In this document: piece after piece, positions 1 through 13,153 of the stretch
How positions within the stretch are numbered: the first letter of the stretch is position 1
How the letters are laid out: every line of letters starts with the position of its first letter
DNA from: Azolla caroliniana
Lineage: Eukaryota; Plantae; Polypodiophyta
Assembly: GCA_043228905.1 (NCBI GenBank)
Contig: JBHGNT010000006.1
Span: 14,322,001 to 14,386,000, forward strand
Direction of reading: 5' to 3'
Length of the DNA: 64,000 nt
The notes under the pieces: model-generated
What the model was told of the DNA's origin: nothing
Databases searched by the model: none
What the model saw: the letters and a program-made list of their open reading frames with translations, nothing else
Made by a program: the position numbers and the translations under genes

Positions 1-2660
1 TTGAACACCCACTTGTTACGGAGTGCCCGTTTTCCTTTCGGCAGCTCCACAAGTTCATATGTGTGGTTCTCATGCAGGGAATCCATCTCGTCCTGCATGG
101 CACTCAACCACCTGCGGCTCTGGGTGTCATGCTTTGCCTCTTCAAAGCTCTCCGGCTCCCCCTCGTCGGTTAGCAACAGGTGCTCTGGTTCCGGAAATCT
201 CCGGGGGGGCCTTCTCTCTCTTAGAGGATATCTCCGTTCCGGAGCTTCGGTAATCGGTTCTTCCGATTCTTCTTCATCCGAATCCATTTCGGGATCGGGG
301 CCGGTTCCGGTATCATTTTCATCTTCTTCGGCCGGTTCCGTTTCTTCACCGTCTTCGGCCGGATCCTCAAGTGCTAACCGGTCCCTTGCCGGTCGGGACT
401 GCTCCTCGTAGAGTTGATCCTCACCGGTCGACTTGGAGCTCTTCATCTTCTTCTCCGACTCCCAGTCGGCCAGTGTCTTGTTCTCCATGAAGATGATGTC
501 TCGACTCCTGAATATCTTCTTGTCGACTGGGTCCCATACTCGGTAGCCGAACTCGTCGTCGCCGTAACCGAGGAATATGCATGGCCGGGTCTTTGGATCT
601 AGCTTTCCTCTCCGGTCCTTTGCCACATGCATGTATGCGAGACACCCGAACACCTTTAGATGCCGGTAGGATACTTCCCTACCGGTCCACACTCTCTGCG
701 GCGTGTCTCCGTCCAAAGGTACTGAGGGTGATCGGTTTATCACATATGTCGCCGTCGACATTGCCTCAGCCCAAAACCCCTTGGGTAATTTCGCATGCGC
801 CAGCATACTCCGGACCCTCTCCATTATGGTCCGGTTCATCCTCTCGGCCAGCCCGTTCAGTTCCGGCGTCTTCGGCACAGTAAACTCGAGCCGGATTCCC
901 TTCGAGCGACAGTACTCCTGGAACTGTCCCCGGTATTCCCCTCCGTTATCCGCTCGTATCGCTTTCAGCTTCTTGCCGGATTCTCTTTCCACTCTCGCGT
1001 GGAGTTCTTTGAAGACGGACAACACTTGGTCCTTTGTCTTCATCGGTGCCGTCCACAGTCTTCGGCTATGATCATCTATGAATGTTACGAAGTACTGGGC
1101 TCCGCCATGTGACTTCGTTTCTACCTGACACACATCGGTGTGCACCAACTCCAATGGTGCTCTACGTCTCGTCGGTGGCCTTGAGTGGAAGGAGGTTCGG
1201 TTCTGCTTACCGGCCAGGCAATCGGTGCACTTCTCCAGGTGCACATGCTTCACTGGAATAAGGTTGTCTTCTGCAAGCCTCTTCATCCCCTTCTCACTCA
1301 TGTGACACAGTCTTTTGTGCCACAGCTCACCGGCAGTGTCGGCTGCCACATTCAGCTCTTCCGGACATAACCGGGCATTCATCAGGTACAGTGTGTTGTC
1401 TTTCCGGGCCCGAGCCACTATCAGGCTCCCCTTGCTGAACTTCATCACGCCGTTCCGGATGCTACCTGTGTAGCCTTCATCGTCTAGCCTCCCGGCCAAA
1501 ATCAGGTTCAATCGAACCTCCGGAACGTGTCGGACATCCTTCAGCAGCATTTTGCATCCGGTCGGGGTTGTCAACCACACGTCTCCTATGCCGGCAATCC
1601 GGCACGTACCTTCATTTCCCATCCGAACACAGCCATGCTCACCGGCTGTGTAGGATGAGAAGTATCTTCTCTCCGGGGTCAGGTGGAACGATGCTCCGGA
1701 ATCGACCACCCAGGTCGTCTCATCGCCGGCAATGTTTAGTTCACCTTCTTCGGTGATGACCATGATTTCTTCCTCACTTGCCGCGAGTGCCGTCGTTCCT
1801 TTCCTGTCCTGCCCTCGCCGATCCGAACCTCTCCGGTCCGTGGCTCCCCGGTATGCACCGTTTCTCTCCGGTGACTTCTTCGAATCGGTGTCGTCGGCTC
1901 CGTTGTCTTTTCGGTAATGCCGACAATTCTTTCGGAAGTGCCCCGGCTTCCCACAGTGGAAGCATGTGCGCCTTCCTCTTGACTGCGACCGGGTCCCCGA
2001 CTTCTCCCGTCTTTGCGGACTCCGGTTCCATTGTCTTCCCCGATCCGATTCGGTAAGCAGCGCCTTCGGGTCGGAGGCCGGTTCTTTATCTCTCCGCCCC
2101 GCTTCTTCATTCAAAATACTCGTCTTTACCGTTTGCAAGGACAAGTTATCTTCTGTGCAGGAGGTGCTGAGAGTCACCACCAAGTTCTCCCAGCTTTCCG
2201 GCAATGTACACATCAGGATGATGGCTTGCATTGCATCCTCCAACGGGAACTTGATCGCCGCAAGCTGATTCACGAATCCCATGAACGTGCTTACGTGTTC
2301 CACCATACTCTCGCCGTCTCGATACTTCAGGTTCACTATCTTCCTCATCAGGGAGGTCCGGTTCAACGCATTCTTCCTCTCGTAGAGGCCCGACAGCTTC
2401 TTCCACATCTCATATGCGTTGGTGTCGTTCGCCACATGTTGTAGGACGCTTACATCGACATATTGTCGGATCGTCGCTACGGCTTTCCGGTTCAGGAGCT
2501 TCCACTCCGACTCAAGTACCCCTTTCGGTATTTCCGACCTGTCAATCGGTTCGTACAGGTCCCGAACAATCAGAAGATCCTCCATCTTGATCTTCCAGTC
2601 GGCGTAATTCTGCGCATTCAGCACCATCATCCCCGGCTGCCCGCTGCCGCCGCCTTCCAT
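1..2660 (-). CDS. Copia gag-pol polyprotein, partial (runs off window edge)
   Basis: ATG at 2660 (MEGGGSGQPGMMVLNAQNY) and colinear with the copy B polyprotein. Probably absent from the ORF track only because no stop is reached; the frame was not checked base by base. Confidence 0.8.
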   Translation of the reverse strand, partial: MEGGGSGQPGMMVLNAQNYADWKIKMEDLLIVRDLYEPIDRSEIPKGVLESEWKLLNRKAVATIRQYVDVSVLQHVANDTNAYEMWKKLSGLYERKNALNRTSLMRKIVNLKYRDGESMVEHVSTFMGFVNQLAAIKFPLEDAMQAIILMCTLPESWENLVVTLSTSCTEDNLSLQTVKTSILNEEAGRRDKEPASDPKALLTESDRGRQWNRSPQRREKSGTRSQSRGRRTCFHCGKPGHFRKNCRHYRKDNGADDTDSKKSPERNGAYRGATDRRGSDRRGQDRKGTTALAASEEEIMVITEEGELNIAGDETTWVVDSGASFHLTPERRYFSSYTAGEHGCVRMGNEGTCRIAGIGDVWLTTPTGCKMLLKDVRHVPEVRLNLILAGRLDDEGYTGSIRNGVMKFSKGSLIVARARKDNTLYLMNARLCPEELNVAADTAGELWHKRLCHMSEKGMKRLAEDNLIPVKHVHLEKCTDCLAGKQNRTSFHSRPPTRRRAPLELVHTDVCQVETKSHGGAQYFVTFIDDHSRRLWTAPMKTKDQVLSVFKELHARVERESGKKLKAIRADNGGEYRGQFQEYCRSKGIRLEFTVPKTPELNGLAERMNRTIMERVRSMLAHAKLPKGFWAEAMSTATYVINRSPSVPLDGDTPQRVWTGREVSYRHLKVFGCLAYMHVAKDRRGKLDPKTRPCIFLGYGDDEFGYRVWDPVDKKIFRSRDIIFMENKTLADWESEKKMKSSKSTGEDQLYEEQSRPARDRLALEDPAEDGEETEPAEEDENDTGTGPDPEMDSDEEESEEPITEAPERRYPLRERRPPRRFPEPEHLLLTDEGEPESFEEAKHDTQSRRWLSAMQDEMDSLHENHTYELVELPKGKRALRNKWVF

Positions 2661-2675
2661 TTTCTGCAGCAGTTC

Positions 2676-2687
2676 GCTCTGATACCA
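2676..2687 (-). promoter_or_regulatory. Primer binding site (initiator tRNA-Met) of copia A
   Basis: TGGTATCAGAGC on the minus strand, 3 nt inside the LTR. Confidence 0.95.
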
Positions 2688-2690
2688 GTT

Positions 2691-3305
2691 TGTTGGGAAT
2701 CGACGCTTCGATTCACCTTCACCACTCGGCCACAACCGAGTAATCGCGGATCAATGCAGCAGAAAATAGGAACCAAAAGAGAGAACCACACGAATACACA
2801 AGGATTAACGTGGAAAACCCTAGATGGGAAAAACCACGGGAGTACAAGACTCCAAACCAACACTATACAAAGAGAAGTATACAATGGCGAGCTGCAAGGC
2901 GACGACCTTGAGCTCGCTGTCCTCGCCACAGGCGGCGGAAATACACAGAGGCGTCGACCTCTTCCTCTCTCTCTCGCGCGATCTATCTCTCTCTCACGGC
3001 TGCTCTCTCTCTTCACTCCTCTAGAGTGGAAAAACAGAAAAATGAATAGCAACAACAAAATTGTTTGCCCTAAGTCATATTTATACACATATGACTTTAG
3101 GGCTATTTACAACTATAGCCTCAAGGGCCCTTGGCAAACATATTCGCAGATATGTCCCCGCATCCGGATCTCTCTCCGGGTACATTCGTCATCCGGTTCC
3201 GAAACCGGGGTCTTCATCATCCGGTTCCGAAACCGAAACCGGGCTTGTCGGCATTCATCTTCGGACATCCGACCATCCCATCCGAAAGGGACCATAATCC
3301 CAACA
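2691..3305 (-). repeat. 5' LTR of copia A (615 bp)
   Basis: TGTTGGGA...TCCCAACA termini; homologous to 8612-9227, 19020-19619 and 25380-25972. Confidence 0.95.
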
Positions 3306-3530
3306 GAAACGATACTGCAGACGCTCGCTGCGGGTGACGGGGACTCGGAAGCATTCGCAACACTTGAGGCGGAGTCGGAAAGCGACGGAAGCGTTGCGTC
3401 CCGGTATAAAAGCAGCCACGACACACCAAACGACCGGGAGGACGAGGGGTCGGAAGACTCAGTAACACCAGCGCCAGAGGAAGAAATAACCCTGGAATTC
3501 GGTGACCGGCAATCGCCGAGGAAGGCTGAC

Positions 3531-3670
3531 CGGATACCGACAACAACCGCGAAGGAACCGAAGGAGCGGATACCGACAACACCCGCGGAGGAACCGAAGG
3601 AGCGGATACCGAAAACACCCGCGGAGGAACCAACGGACCGGACACTGGCAACACCCGCGGAGGAACCAAA
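3531..3670 (+). repeat. 36-bp in-frame tandem repeat, about 4 copies (RIPTTPAEEPKE), in gag
   Basis: CGGATACCGACAACACCCGCGGAGGAACC units recur every 36 bp. Confidence 0.85.
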
Positions 3671-4516
3671 GGTTCTCACACCAACGCCAACAGCGGACAG
3701 AGAGCGGAGGAAACAGGAGAGTCAGTTGGACGACACGATGCCGTACCCATACCCAAAGTACCGGGATGAGGCCGACACGGAGGCACACGTGTACGCATTC
3801 CTCCAAACATGGGAAGCCAACCATATCTCCCAAAGACTGACGGAGCCCGAAGCCGAACGATCCAAAGTCGCCGAATTTGGCATAACCTTAGAAGGACCGG
3901 CGGCCCAATGGCACGCAAAGCACTTACCTGGCAGCTTTGAAGGCCAGATTCCTCAGGTTTTTTCACAGACAATTTGAGCAAAGGGAATTGGTCGGGCAGT
4001 TCTACACCACCCGGCAGGAAGAGAACGAGACTGTGCCACAATTCATCATTCGGTTCCAGAACCTGCACAACCAACTAACAAGAGCACCACCCGAAGACGA
4101 AGCCAAAGCAGTCTTTTTGGCCGCACTAAAAGAGCCACTTCGAACAATGTGCGGAGTCCTTGATTTCCAAACCAGCACAATGGACCAAGTTATTGATCGG
4201 GTTTTAGAAATGGACAAGACTAGCCCCTTCTTGTCGATGGGGATGTTACACCGGGCACTCCCAAAGGAGGAAGACCTAAGGTTCCGACAGGCCTTACAAT
4301 GTACAACATGCCTAAATTCGGGGCACTCAACAGTAGACTGCACCCTGCGGACACAATGTGTGATCTGCAACTCTCGAGCCCATACAACGGACCGATGCGA
4401 ATATAACATGTTAAATCGGCAGGCAGCACCGGTTCGACACATAGAACCGCGCAATCAGAACCCGGACGAGGATCGATTCCGGAGAGACGACCGCTACCAA
4501 CGCGAACGCGGTAACA

Positions 4517-4769
4517 GATACGCTGATAGAAGACGCGACAACTATAACCGAGAGGAGAGACGCAGAGATAGCTACCCCCGGGACCGGTACGACAGAGACG
4601 AATCCCCGGAAGAAGACCGACGCAAAGAAGAGAGGCGACAAGGATACGCTGATAGAAGACGCGACAACTATGACCGAGAGGAGAGACGCAAAGATAGCTA
4701 CCCCCGGGACCGGTACGACCGAGACGAATCCCCGGAATACGACCGACGCAGAGAAGAGAGGCGACAAGG
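4517..4769 (+). repeat. 126-bp in-frame tandem duplication encoding an R/D/E-rich gag segment
   Basis: GATACGCTGATAGAAGACGCGACAACTA at 4517 and 4643. Confidence 0.9.
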
Positions 4770-5213
4770 GAACCGAAATTTCCGACGGAATCAGAAGCGT
4801 GGATTTTCCGAAGAGAGGAACGTCGGGAGGCAGCAAGGAATGACAACCCGGTATCGGTACCGGATAACCGAAAAACCGAAGACGACCGCCGGAGCATACC
4901 CACCCTCCAAATCGGGGACAAAGGAGAAACGAGCAATAGTCACAAGGTGTACTATTATTACTGCCGTAAGGAAGGCCACTATAGTAACCAATGCCCAAGC
5001 AAAAGCTATGACAAGCAGCCGGAAGTCAACATGGTTACAGCCGAAATAACAGAAGTACAGCAGATCACAACCCGGTCAAAGGGAAAGACTGCTAAGTGGG
5101 AAGCCCAGGAGGCAATCAGAAAACAAGCGACACAATGGATCAAGGAGGCCAATGAACAGAATGCGGCAGAAGTAAGAGACCAAAATATGCCAAAAGACGA
5201 AGAAATCATATAG

Positions 5214-8200
5214 CCAGGAGAAAACCCGACCTGGCAAGCGCTACAGGACTGTCAAATCGTGCTGCCGTTAGCACGACTATTACAATTAGTGCCACGATTT
5301 ACGGCAGACCTACAGGCATCTGTCAGCAAACCGAAGTCGACGCCAGCACCGGCATTCTTCTGCAACCCGGAGGAAGGACCAGCGGTGGTCGATACAAGTA
5401 GCCCGGCAATCACGGCAATCGTGAAAGGAAAGGAAATTGCTAGAACGATTATTGATGGAGGCTCCGGGGTAAATGTCATCAGCCAACAGACATGCAACGA
5501 CCTGGGCATCCGGGAATGGGAACCATGCCCCTTCTGGTTACGCATGGCGGATACTAGCTCAGTCCGACCGACCGCGCTTATCCGGGATTTGGAAGTAACG
5601 ATCGGAGGCCACGTATTCCGGATATCGGCCGTGGTACTGCAGCTGAATGTACAAGGCACGTACCCCCTCCTGCTAGGACGACCATGGCTGCGAATGGCGC
5701 ATATCAAGCAGAACTGGCAAAAGAACATGATCACATTCCGGCGAGGGAAAACAAAGGTACGAGTAACGACGCAACCACGGGTGATCACCAGTAAGGAAGC
5801 AACTCCATTGTATGCGGAAAGCATTAACATGTTGGAGGGATTACCGGACGAGGAAGTCGAGCGGTACCTCGAGGAACACCCACGAATCGTCCCACTATTT
5901 GAGGTGGATATCACGGCGGCAGTAGAACCGTACATTACAACGCCGGAAGAACCGGACCAAGCGGCGATCCGGGAACTGCGACAAGCGCAGGAATCCCTAG
6001 AGAGGGAAATGACGATATCCCAGAGGGTGAAAGCATCCCAACTCGAGGAGGTGGACCTCGGCACAGCAGACAAGCCCCGACCGGTAAATGTTGCAAAGGA
6101 ATTGCCGAAGGAAGAAAAGAAGGCAATGGTAGCATTATTAACAGACTTCAAGGATGTGTTCGCGTGGTCGTACGAAGACATGCGAGGGCTGGACCCCCAG
6201 CTCTATCAGCACCAAATTCACCTAAGTACGGACGCGAAACCGATTGCTCAACGCAGGTACCGGATGAATCCGAATTATGCGGCAAAGGTGAAGGAGGAAA
6301 TTGATAAGCTCCTCCGGGTCGGATTTATCCGACCGGTCAAGCAGGCAACCTGGGTGAGTCCGATAGTGGTGGTCCCGAAAAAGAACGGCAAAATCCGGGT
6401 ATGCGTGGACTACCGAAAACTAAATGCCGCAACTGTGACCGATGCGTTTCCACTACCATTTACGGACGGGGTGTTAGATGCGGTAGCCGGCCACGAAGTT
6501 TACAGCTTCCTGGATGGATTTAGCGGCTACAACCAAATACGAATGAACCCGGCCGACCAGGAGAAGACAGCGTTCGTGACGGAATGGGGAGTGTTCGTCG
6601 CGGTCATGATGATGTTCGGACTAAAGACGGATCCAGCGACCTTTCAAAGGATAATAATGGAAATTTTCGGGGAATATATCCCCGGTTTTATGCAGGTCTT
6701 CCTTGACGATTTCGCGGTCTACAGCCGGCACGGAGAGCATCTCGATCACCTCCGGCTGTGCTTGGAGAAGTGCCGCGAGTACCGATTGAACCTGAACCCG
6801 GCCAAGTGCGTCTTTGGAGTGGCAAGCGGCAACTTACTAGGGCACGCGGTAGATCCGGATAAAGTCAAGGCGATTCTCGAGGCACCAGCACCAAGTAACG
6901 CAAAGGCTTTAAGCCGGTTCCTGGGCCAAATAAGGTGGCATAGCCGGATGATACGGCACCTCGCAGACTTCGCTACACCGTTACATACCGCTGTACATAG
7001 GGTACCCTTCCTATGGGCGGAGACAGAGGAGGAATCCTACAAAGCGTTGAAGGTTATGCTGTCGCAAGCTCCGGTGGTGCAACCGCCGGATTGGAGTAAA
7101 AGCTTTCACGTCTTCGTCGACGCGTCGGACGTAGCAATCGGCAGCATTCTGATGCAACTCACGGAGCCGAAATGGTACCGACCGGTGTACTACGCAAGCC
7201 GGAAACTCTCAAAAGCCGAACGGAATTACTCTACGACGGAACGCGAGGCATTGGGAATAGTGTATAGTGTCACAAAGTACAAGCACTATCTGCTCGGAAG
7301 GAAGTTTTCCTTCCATGTCGACCATTCGACACTACTCTACCTGGTCTCGAAGGCATCCCTGACGGGAAAAATTGCACGGTGGACACTGCTGCTACAGGAA
7401 TTTGAATTCGACATTTTCCACCGACCCGGGGCGCAGCATGCGGTAGCGGACCACCTAAGCAGACTCGAATCCGGAGAAGCAGGGGACGGCGTCCAGGATG
7501 AGTTTCCCGACGCCGAATTGTTCCGGATCACGACGAAACCAGCAACGGATACAACGGTAGCAGATGAAGACACATGGCTAACTGAGATGCATCAGTTCTT
7601 GAGCACCGGAGTTCCCCCGGAGAACATGGACCGCGATGAAAGGAAAAGGGTAGCAGTAAGAAGTAGACATTTCTGCTTGGTTGGAGACACCCTCTATCAC
7701 AAGGGGGCAGATGGCATCTAGAGACGAGCAGTGCGGAGCGATGAGAAGGATCTAATCCTCAGGGAAGCCCACTGTGGAATTGCCGGCGGGCATTATGCCG
7801 GCGACGCAACCGCTCGGAAAATATGGCAGAGCGGACTATGGTGGCCGACCACCCTAAAAGATGTCGTGAAGTATAGCAGAGAATGCGATTTGTGTCAACG
7901 ACTGGGCCAACCCACAGAGCAGGCCCGGATGCCACACCACCCGGTCTTGCCCTTAGAACCGTTTCAAAAGTGGGGGTTGGACTTTGTCGGTCCCTTCAAA
8001 CCACCGGCAATGAGAACCGGAAATCGGTATGTCATAGTGGCGACCGACTATTGCACCAAATGGGTAGAAGCAAAGGCCTTACGGGACAACACGGCCGCGT
8101 CCACGGCAAAGTTTCTGTACGAGTGCATATGGTGCCGGTATGGATGCCCGATCGAGCTTATAAGTGACCAAGGAGGACATTTTCTCGGGCAGGTAGTAGA

Positions 8201-8611
8201 AAGCCTGACGTCATTTTACGCGGTGGTACATAAAAAGAGTACTCCCTACTACCCTCAAGCCAATGGACTAGCGGAATCAACGAACAAAACTTTGCAGAAC
8301 ATCCTACGAAAAATCGTCAACGAGAACCGGACCGATTGGGATACGAAATTGCAAAGCGCGCTATGGGCGTACCGAAGAACGTACAAAACCAGCATCCGGA
8401 CAACCCCGTTCCGACTAGCATTCGGGTTAGAAGCGGTCATGCCGGTAGAGTTCCAGATCCCAAGCTTACGGATTCAGGTGAAGGAGCACTTAAGTGAGAA
8501 CGAGTCCGAACGAATCCGGCTGGCGACGTTGTTGGAATTAGAAGAAAACCGAATAGCCAGCTTACTACAACTCGAACTGGAGCAAAGGAGGAGAAAAGCT
8601 TTCGTGGATCG
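5214..8611 (+). pseudogene. pol: Gypsy A pol (PR-RT-RH-IN); premature TAG at 7719; interrupted by copia B
   Basis: IIDGGSGVN protease, FLDD RT (short in-frame deletion at LLGH|AVDP), FVDASD RNase H, HHCC plus DDE integrase. Confidence 0.92.
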
Positions 8612-9227
8612 TGTTGGGATTACGGTCCCTTCGGATGGGATGGTCGGATGTCGGAGATGAATGCCGACAAGCCCGGTTGCGGTTTCAGAACCGGATGATG
8701 AAGACCCCGGCTTCGGAGCCGGATGACGAATGTACCCGGAGAGAGATCCGGATGCGGGGACATATCTGTGAATATGTTTGCCAAGGGCCCTTGAGGCTAT
8801 AGTTGTAAATAGCCCCAAAGTCATATGTGTATAAATATGACTTAGGGCAAACAGTTTTAATGTTGCTTCTCATTTTTCTGTTTTTCCACTCAAGAGGAGT
8901 GAAGAGAGAGCAGCCGTGAGAGAGATAGAGCGTGAGAGAGATAGAGCGTGAGAGAGGAAGAGGTTGACGCCTCAGTGTAATACCGCCGCCTGTGGCGATG
9001 ATAGTGAGCTCAAGGTCGTCGCCTTGCAGCTCGCCATTGTACATTTCTCTGTGCATAGTTTTGGTTTGGAGTCTTGCACTCCCGTGGTTTTTCCCATCTA
9101 GGGTTTTCCACGTTAATCCCTGTGTTATCGTGTCTTTCTCTGTGTTTCCTATTTTCTGCTGCATTGATTCGCGATTTCTCGGTTGTGGCCGAGTGGTGAA
9201 GGTGAATCGGAGCGTCGATTCCCAACA
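8612..9227 (+). repeat. 5' LTR of copia B (616 bp)
   Basis: TGTTGGGA...TCCCAACA; TATA (TATAAATA) near 8830. Confidence 0.96.
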
Positions 9228-9230
9228 AAC

Positions 9231-9242
9231 TGGTATCAGAGC
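9231..9242 (+). promoter_or_regulatory. PBS (tRNA-iMet) of copia B
   Basis: TGGTATCAGAGC. Confidence 0.95.
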
Positions 9243-9258
9243 GACTGCAGTGCAGAAA

Positions 9259-12200
9259 ATGGAAGGCGGCAGCAGTGGGCAGCCGGGGATGATGGTGCTG
9301 AATGCGCAGAATTACGCCGACTGGAAGATCAAGATGGAGGATCTTCTGATTGTTCAGGACCTGTACGAACCGATTGACAGGTCGGAAATACCGAAGGGGG
9401 TACTTGAGTCGGAATGGAGGCTTCTGAACCGGAAAGCCGTTGCAACCATTTGGCAATACGTCGACGTGAGCGTTCTACAACATGTGGCGAACGACACCAA
9501 CGCATATGAGATGTGGCGGAAGCTGTCGGGCCTCTACGAGAGGAAGAATGTGTTGAACCGGACCTCCCTGATGAGGAAGATAGTGAACCTCAAGTACCGG
9601 GACGGCGAGAGTATGGTGGAACACGTAAGCACGTTCATGGGATTCGTGAACCAGCTTGCGGCGATCAAGTTCCCGCTGGAGGATGCAATGCAAGCCATCA
9701 TTCTGATGTGTACATTGCCGGAAAGCTGGGAGAACTTGGTGGTGACTCTCAGCACCTCCTGCACCGAAGATAACTTGTCCCTACAAACGGTAAAGACAAG
9801 TATCTTGAACGAAGAAGCGCGTCGGAGAGATAAAGAACCAGCCTCCGATCCGAAGATGTTGTTTACCGAATCGGATCGGGGAAGACAACGGAACCGGAGT
9901 CCGCAAAGACGGGAGAAGTCGGGGACCCGGTCGCAGTCAAGAGGAAGGCCCACATGCTTCCACTGTGGGAAGCCGGGGCACTTCCGAAAGAATTGTCGGC
10001 ATTACCGAAAAGACATCGGAGCCGACGACACCGATTCGAAGAAGTCTTCGGATCGGAACGGTGCTTACCGGGGAGCCACGGACCGGAATGGTTCGGATCG
10101 GCGAGGGCAGGACTGGAAAGGAACGACGGCGCTCGCGGCAAGTGAAGAGGAAATCATGCTCATCACCGAAGAAGGTGAACTAAACATTGCCGACGGTGAG
10201 ACGACCTGGGTGGTCGATTCCGGAGCATCGTTCCACCTGACCCCGGAGAGAAGATACTTCTCATCCTACACAGTCGGTGAGCATGGCTGTGTTCGAATGG
10301 GAAATGAAGGTACGTGCCGGATTGCCGGCATAGGAGACGTGTGGTTGACAACCTCGACCGGATGCAAAATGCTGCTGAAGGATGTCCGACATGTTCCGGA
10401 GGTTCGATTGAACCTGATTTCGGCCGAGAGGCTAGACGATGAAGGCTACACAGGTAGCATCCGGAACGGCGTAATGAAGTTCAGCAAGGGGAGCCTGATA
10501 GTGGCTCGGGCCCGGAAAGTCAACACATTGTACCTTATGAATTCCTGGTTGTGTCCGGAAGAGTTGAACGTGGCAGCCGACACTGCCGGTGAGCTGTGGC
10601 ACAAGAGACTGTGCCACATGAGTGAGAAGGGGATGAAGAGGCTTGCAGAAGACAACCTTATTCCAGTGAAGCATGTGCACCTGGAGAAGTGCACCGACTG
10701 CCTGGCCGGTAAGCAGAACCGAACCTCCTTCCACTCAAGGCCACCGACGAGACGTAGCGCACCATTGGAGTTGGTGCACACGGATGTGTGTCAGGTAGAA
10801 ACGAAGTCACATGGCGGAGCCCAGTACTTCGTAACATTCATTGATGATCACAGCCGGAAGCTGTGGACGGCACCGTTGAAGACAAAGGACCAAGTGTTGT
10901 GCGTCTTCAAAGAACTCCACGCGAGAGTGGAAAGGGAATCCGGCAAGAAGCTGAAAGCGATACGAGCGGATAACGGAGGGGAATACCGGGGGCAGTTCGC
11001 GGAGTACTGTCGCTCGAAGGGAATCCGGCTCGAGTTTACTGTGCCGAAGACGCCGGAACTGAACGGGCTGGCCGAGAGGATGAACCGGACCATAATGGAG
11101 AGGGTCCGGAGTATGCTGGCGCATGCGAAATTACCCAAGGGGTTTTGGGCTGAGGCGATGTCAACGGCGACATACGTGATAAACAGATCACCCTCAGTAC
11201 CTTTGGACGGAGACACGCCGCAGAGAGTGTGGACCGGTAGGGAAGTATCCTACCGGCATCTGAAGGTGTTCGGGTGTCTCGCATACGTGCATGTGGCAAA
11301 GGACCGGAGAGGAAAGCTAGATCCAAAGACCCGGCCATGCATATTCCTCGGTTACGGCGATGACGAGTTCGGCTACCGAGTATGGGACCCGGTCGACAAG
11401 AAGATATTCCGGAGTCGTGATATCATCTTCATGGAGAACAAGACACTCGCCAACTGGGAGTCGGAGAAGAAGATGAAGAGCTCCAAGTCGACCGGTGAGG
11501 ATAAACTCTACGAGGAGCAGTCCCGACCGGCAAGGGACCGGTTAACACTCGAAGATCCGGCCGAAGACGGTGAAGAAACAGAACCGGCCGAAGAAGATGA
11601 AAATGATACCGGAACCGGCCCCGATTCCGAAATGGATTCGGATGAAGAAGAATCGGAAGAACCGGTTACCGAAGCTCCGGAACGGAGATATCCTCTAAGA
11701 GAGAGAAGGGCTCCCCGGAGATTTCCGGAACCAGAGCACGTGCTGCTAACCGACGAGGGGGAGCCGGAGAGCTTTGAAGAAGCGAAGCATGACACCCATA
11801 GCCGCAGGTGGTTAAGTGCCATGCAAGAGGAGATGGATTCCCTGCATGAGAACCACACATATGAACTTGTGGAGTTGCCGAAAGGAAAACGGGCACTCCG
11901 TAACAAGTGGGTGTTCAAGCTGAAACCGGGAGATGCCGGAAACCCCCCGAGATACAAAGCCAGGATCGTGGTGAAGGGGTTTCAGCAGAAGAAGGGCGTC
12001 GACTTCGACGAGATATTTGCCCTGGTAGTGAAGATGACCTCCATCCGGACGGTGCTAAGCATAGCGGCAAGCATGGACCTCGAGGTAGAACAGATGGACG
12101 TGAAGACGGCATTCCTTCACGGTGACCTCGAAGAAGAGATCTACATGCAGCAACCGGAAGGATTTGAGAAGAAAGGGAAGGAGCACCTGGTATGCCGGTT

Positions 12201-13008
12201 GAAGAAGAGCCTTTACGGTCTGAAGCAGGCTCCCCGGCAATGGTACCGGAAGTTCGACTCCTTCATGACAGACGAAGGGTACCACAAAACGCAGTCCGAT
12301 CACTGCGTGTTTGTGAAGAAGTTCGAAGGAGGAGACTTTCTAATACTCCTCCTGTACGTGGACAACATGTTGATCGTCGGACGAGACCAGGTCAAGATAC
12401 GGATGCTGAAGAAGGCTCTTCACCGAACCTTCTCAATGAAGGACCTGGGTCCGGCGAGGCAAATACTAGGGATGCACATCATCCGGGACCGGAAGAAGAA
12501 GCTGTTGTGGCTGTCACAGGAGAAGTACGTGACAAAGGTGCTTCATCGGTTCAACATGTCGGAAGCAAGACCGGTTGGGTCAACACTCCCGGCAAACTGC
12601 AAGCTGTCCAGCAAGCAAAGCCCCAAGACAAAGGCTGAGAAGGAGGACATGATGAAAGTACCATATGCCTCTGCCGTCGGGAGCTTGATGTACGCAATGG
12701 TGTGTACCCGACCGGACATAGGATATGCAGTCGGAGTGGTGAGCCGGTACATGAGCAATCCCGGCAAAGAGCATTGGAACGCGGCCAAGTGGATACTCCG
12801 ATACCTGAAGGGCACGGCAAACGTGTGCCTCCGATTCGGCTCCGGTAAGCCCGAACTCGACGGCTTCACCGATTCGGATATGTCGGCTGATGCAGATACC
12901 AGCCGGTCCACATCAGGGTATGTGATGACGTATGCAGGGGGAGCTGTTTCATGGCAGTCGAGGCTGCAGAAGACGGTTGCGTTGTCAACCACGGAGGCGG
13001 AGTACATG
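9259..13008 (+). pseudogene. Copia B gag-pol, 5' part (gag, CCHC, PR, IN, RT, start of RH); RT active site mutated to YVDN
   Basis: CFHCGKPGHFRKNC, WVVDSGAS, WHKRLCH..CTDC, integrase core, YVDN. Joins in frame with 18686-19009 to give 1357 aa. Confidence 0.95.
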
Positions 13009-13112
13009 TGTCATGAACAGTACTGAGACAGAGAAGGAATTAGTACTAAACGAAGGATTAGTACTATGAGAGGTGTGGAACTTCTTCGAGAGAAGGAAGA
13101 AGTGAGCGAGAC

Positions 13113-13153
<41 letters not shown>

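Larger units (their letters stand above)
1..3305 (-). mobile_element. Ty1/copia LTR retrotransposon copy A (Tork/Tto1-like), 5' part; continues beyond window start; inserted into gag of gypsy A
   Basis: 5' LTR 2691-3305, Met-tRNA PBS and a gag-PR-IN-RT sequence nearly identical to the reverse complement of 9259-11920. Flank after the LTR is GAAAC, then gypsy gag. Confidence 0.95.
3306..5213 (+). pseudogene. gag: Gypsy A gag, frameshifted (near 3937 and about 4800-4950)
   Basis: Retrotransposon gag motif (QEENETVPQFIIRF) and three CCHC knuckles (CTTC..GH....C, CVIC...H....C, CYYCRKEGHYSNQC). Confidence 0.85.

Noticed and set aside
2463-3977. 504-aa ORF
   Set aside because: A chance fusion of antisense copia gag/LTR with the real gypsy gag frame; the same LTR frame is broken in the other copies.
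5211-5219. In-frame TAG between gag and protease as programmed readthrough
   Set aside because: The context TAG CCAGGA lacks the CARYYA leaky motif and the element has other lesions, so a nonsense mutation is simpler. A family consensus is needed.
8992-9258. Hydrophobic N-terminal extension of the copia B polyprotein (also 25350-25439 in D)
   Set aside because: It lies in LTR/PBS sequence and differs between copies; the conserved ATG is after the PBS.
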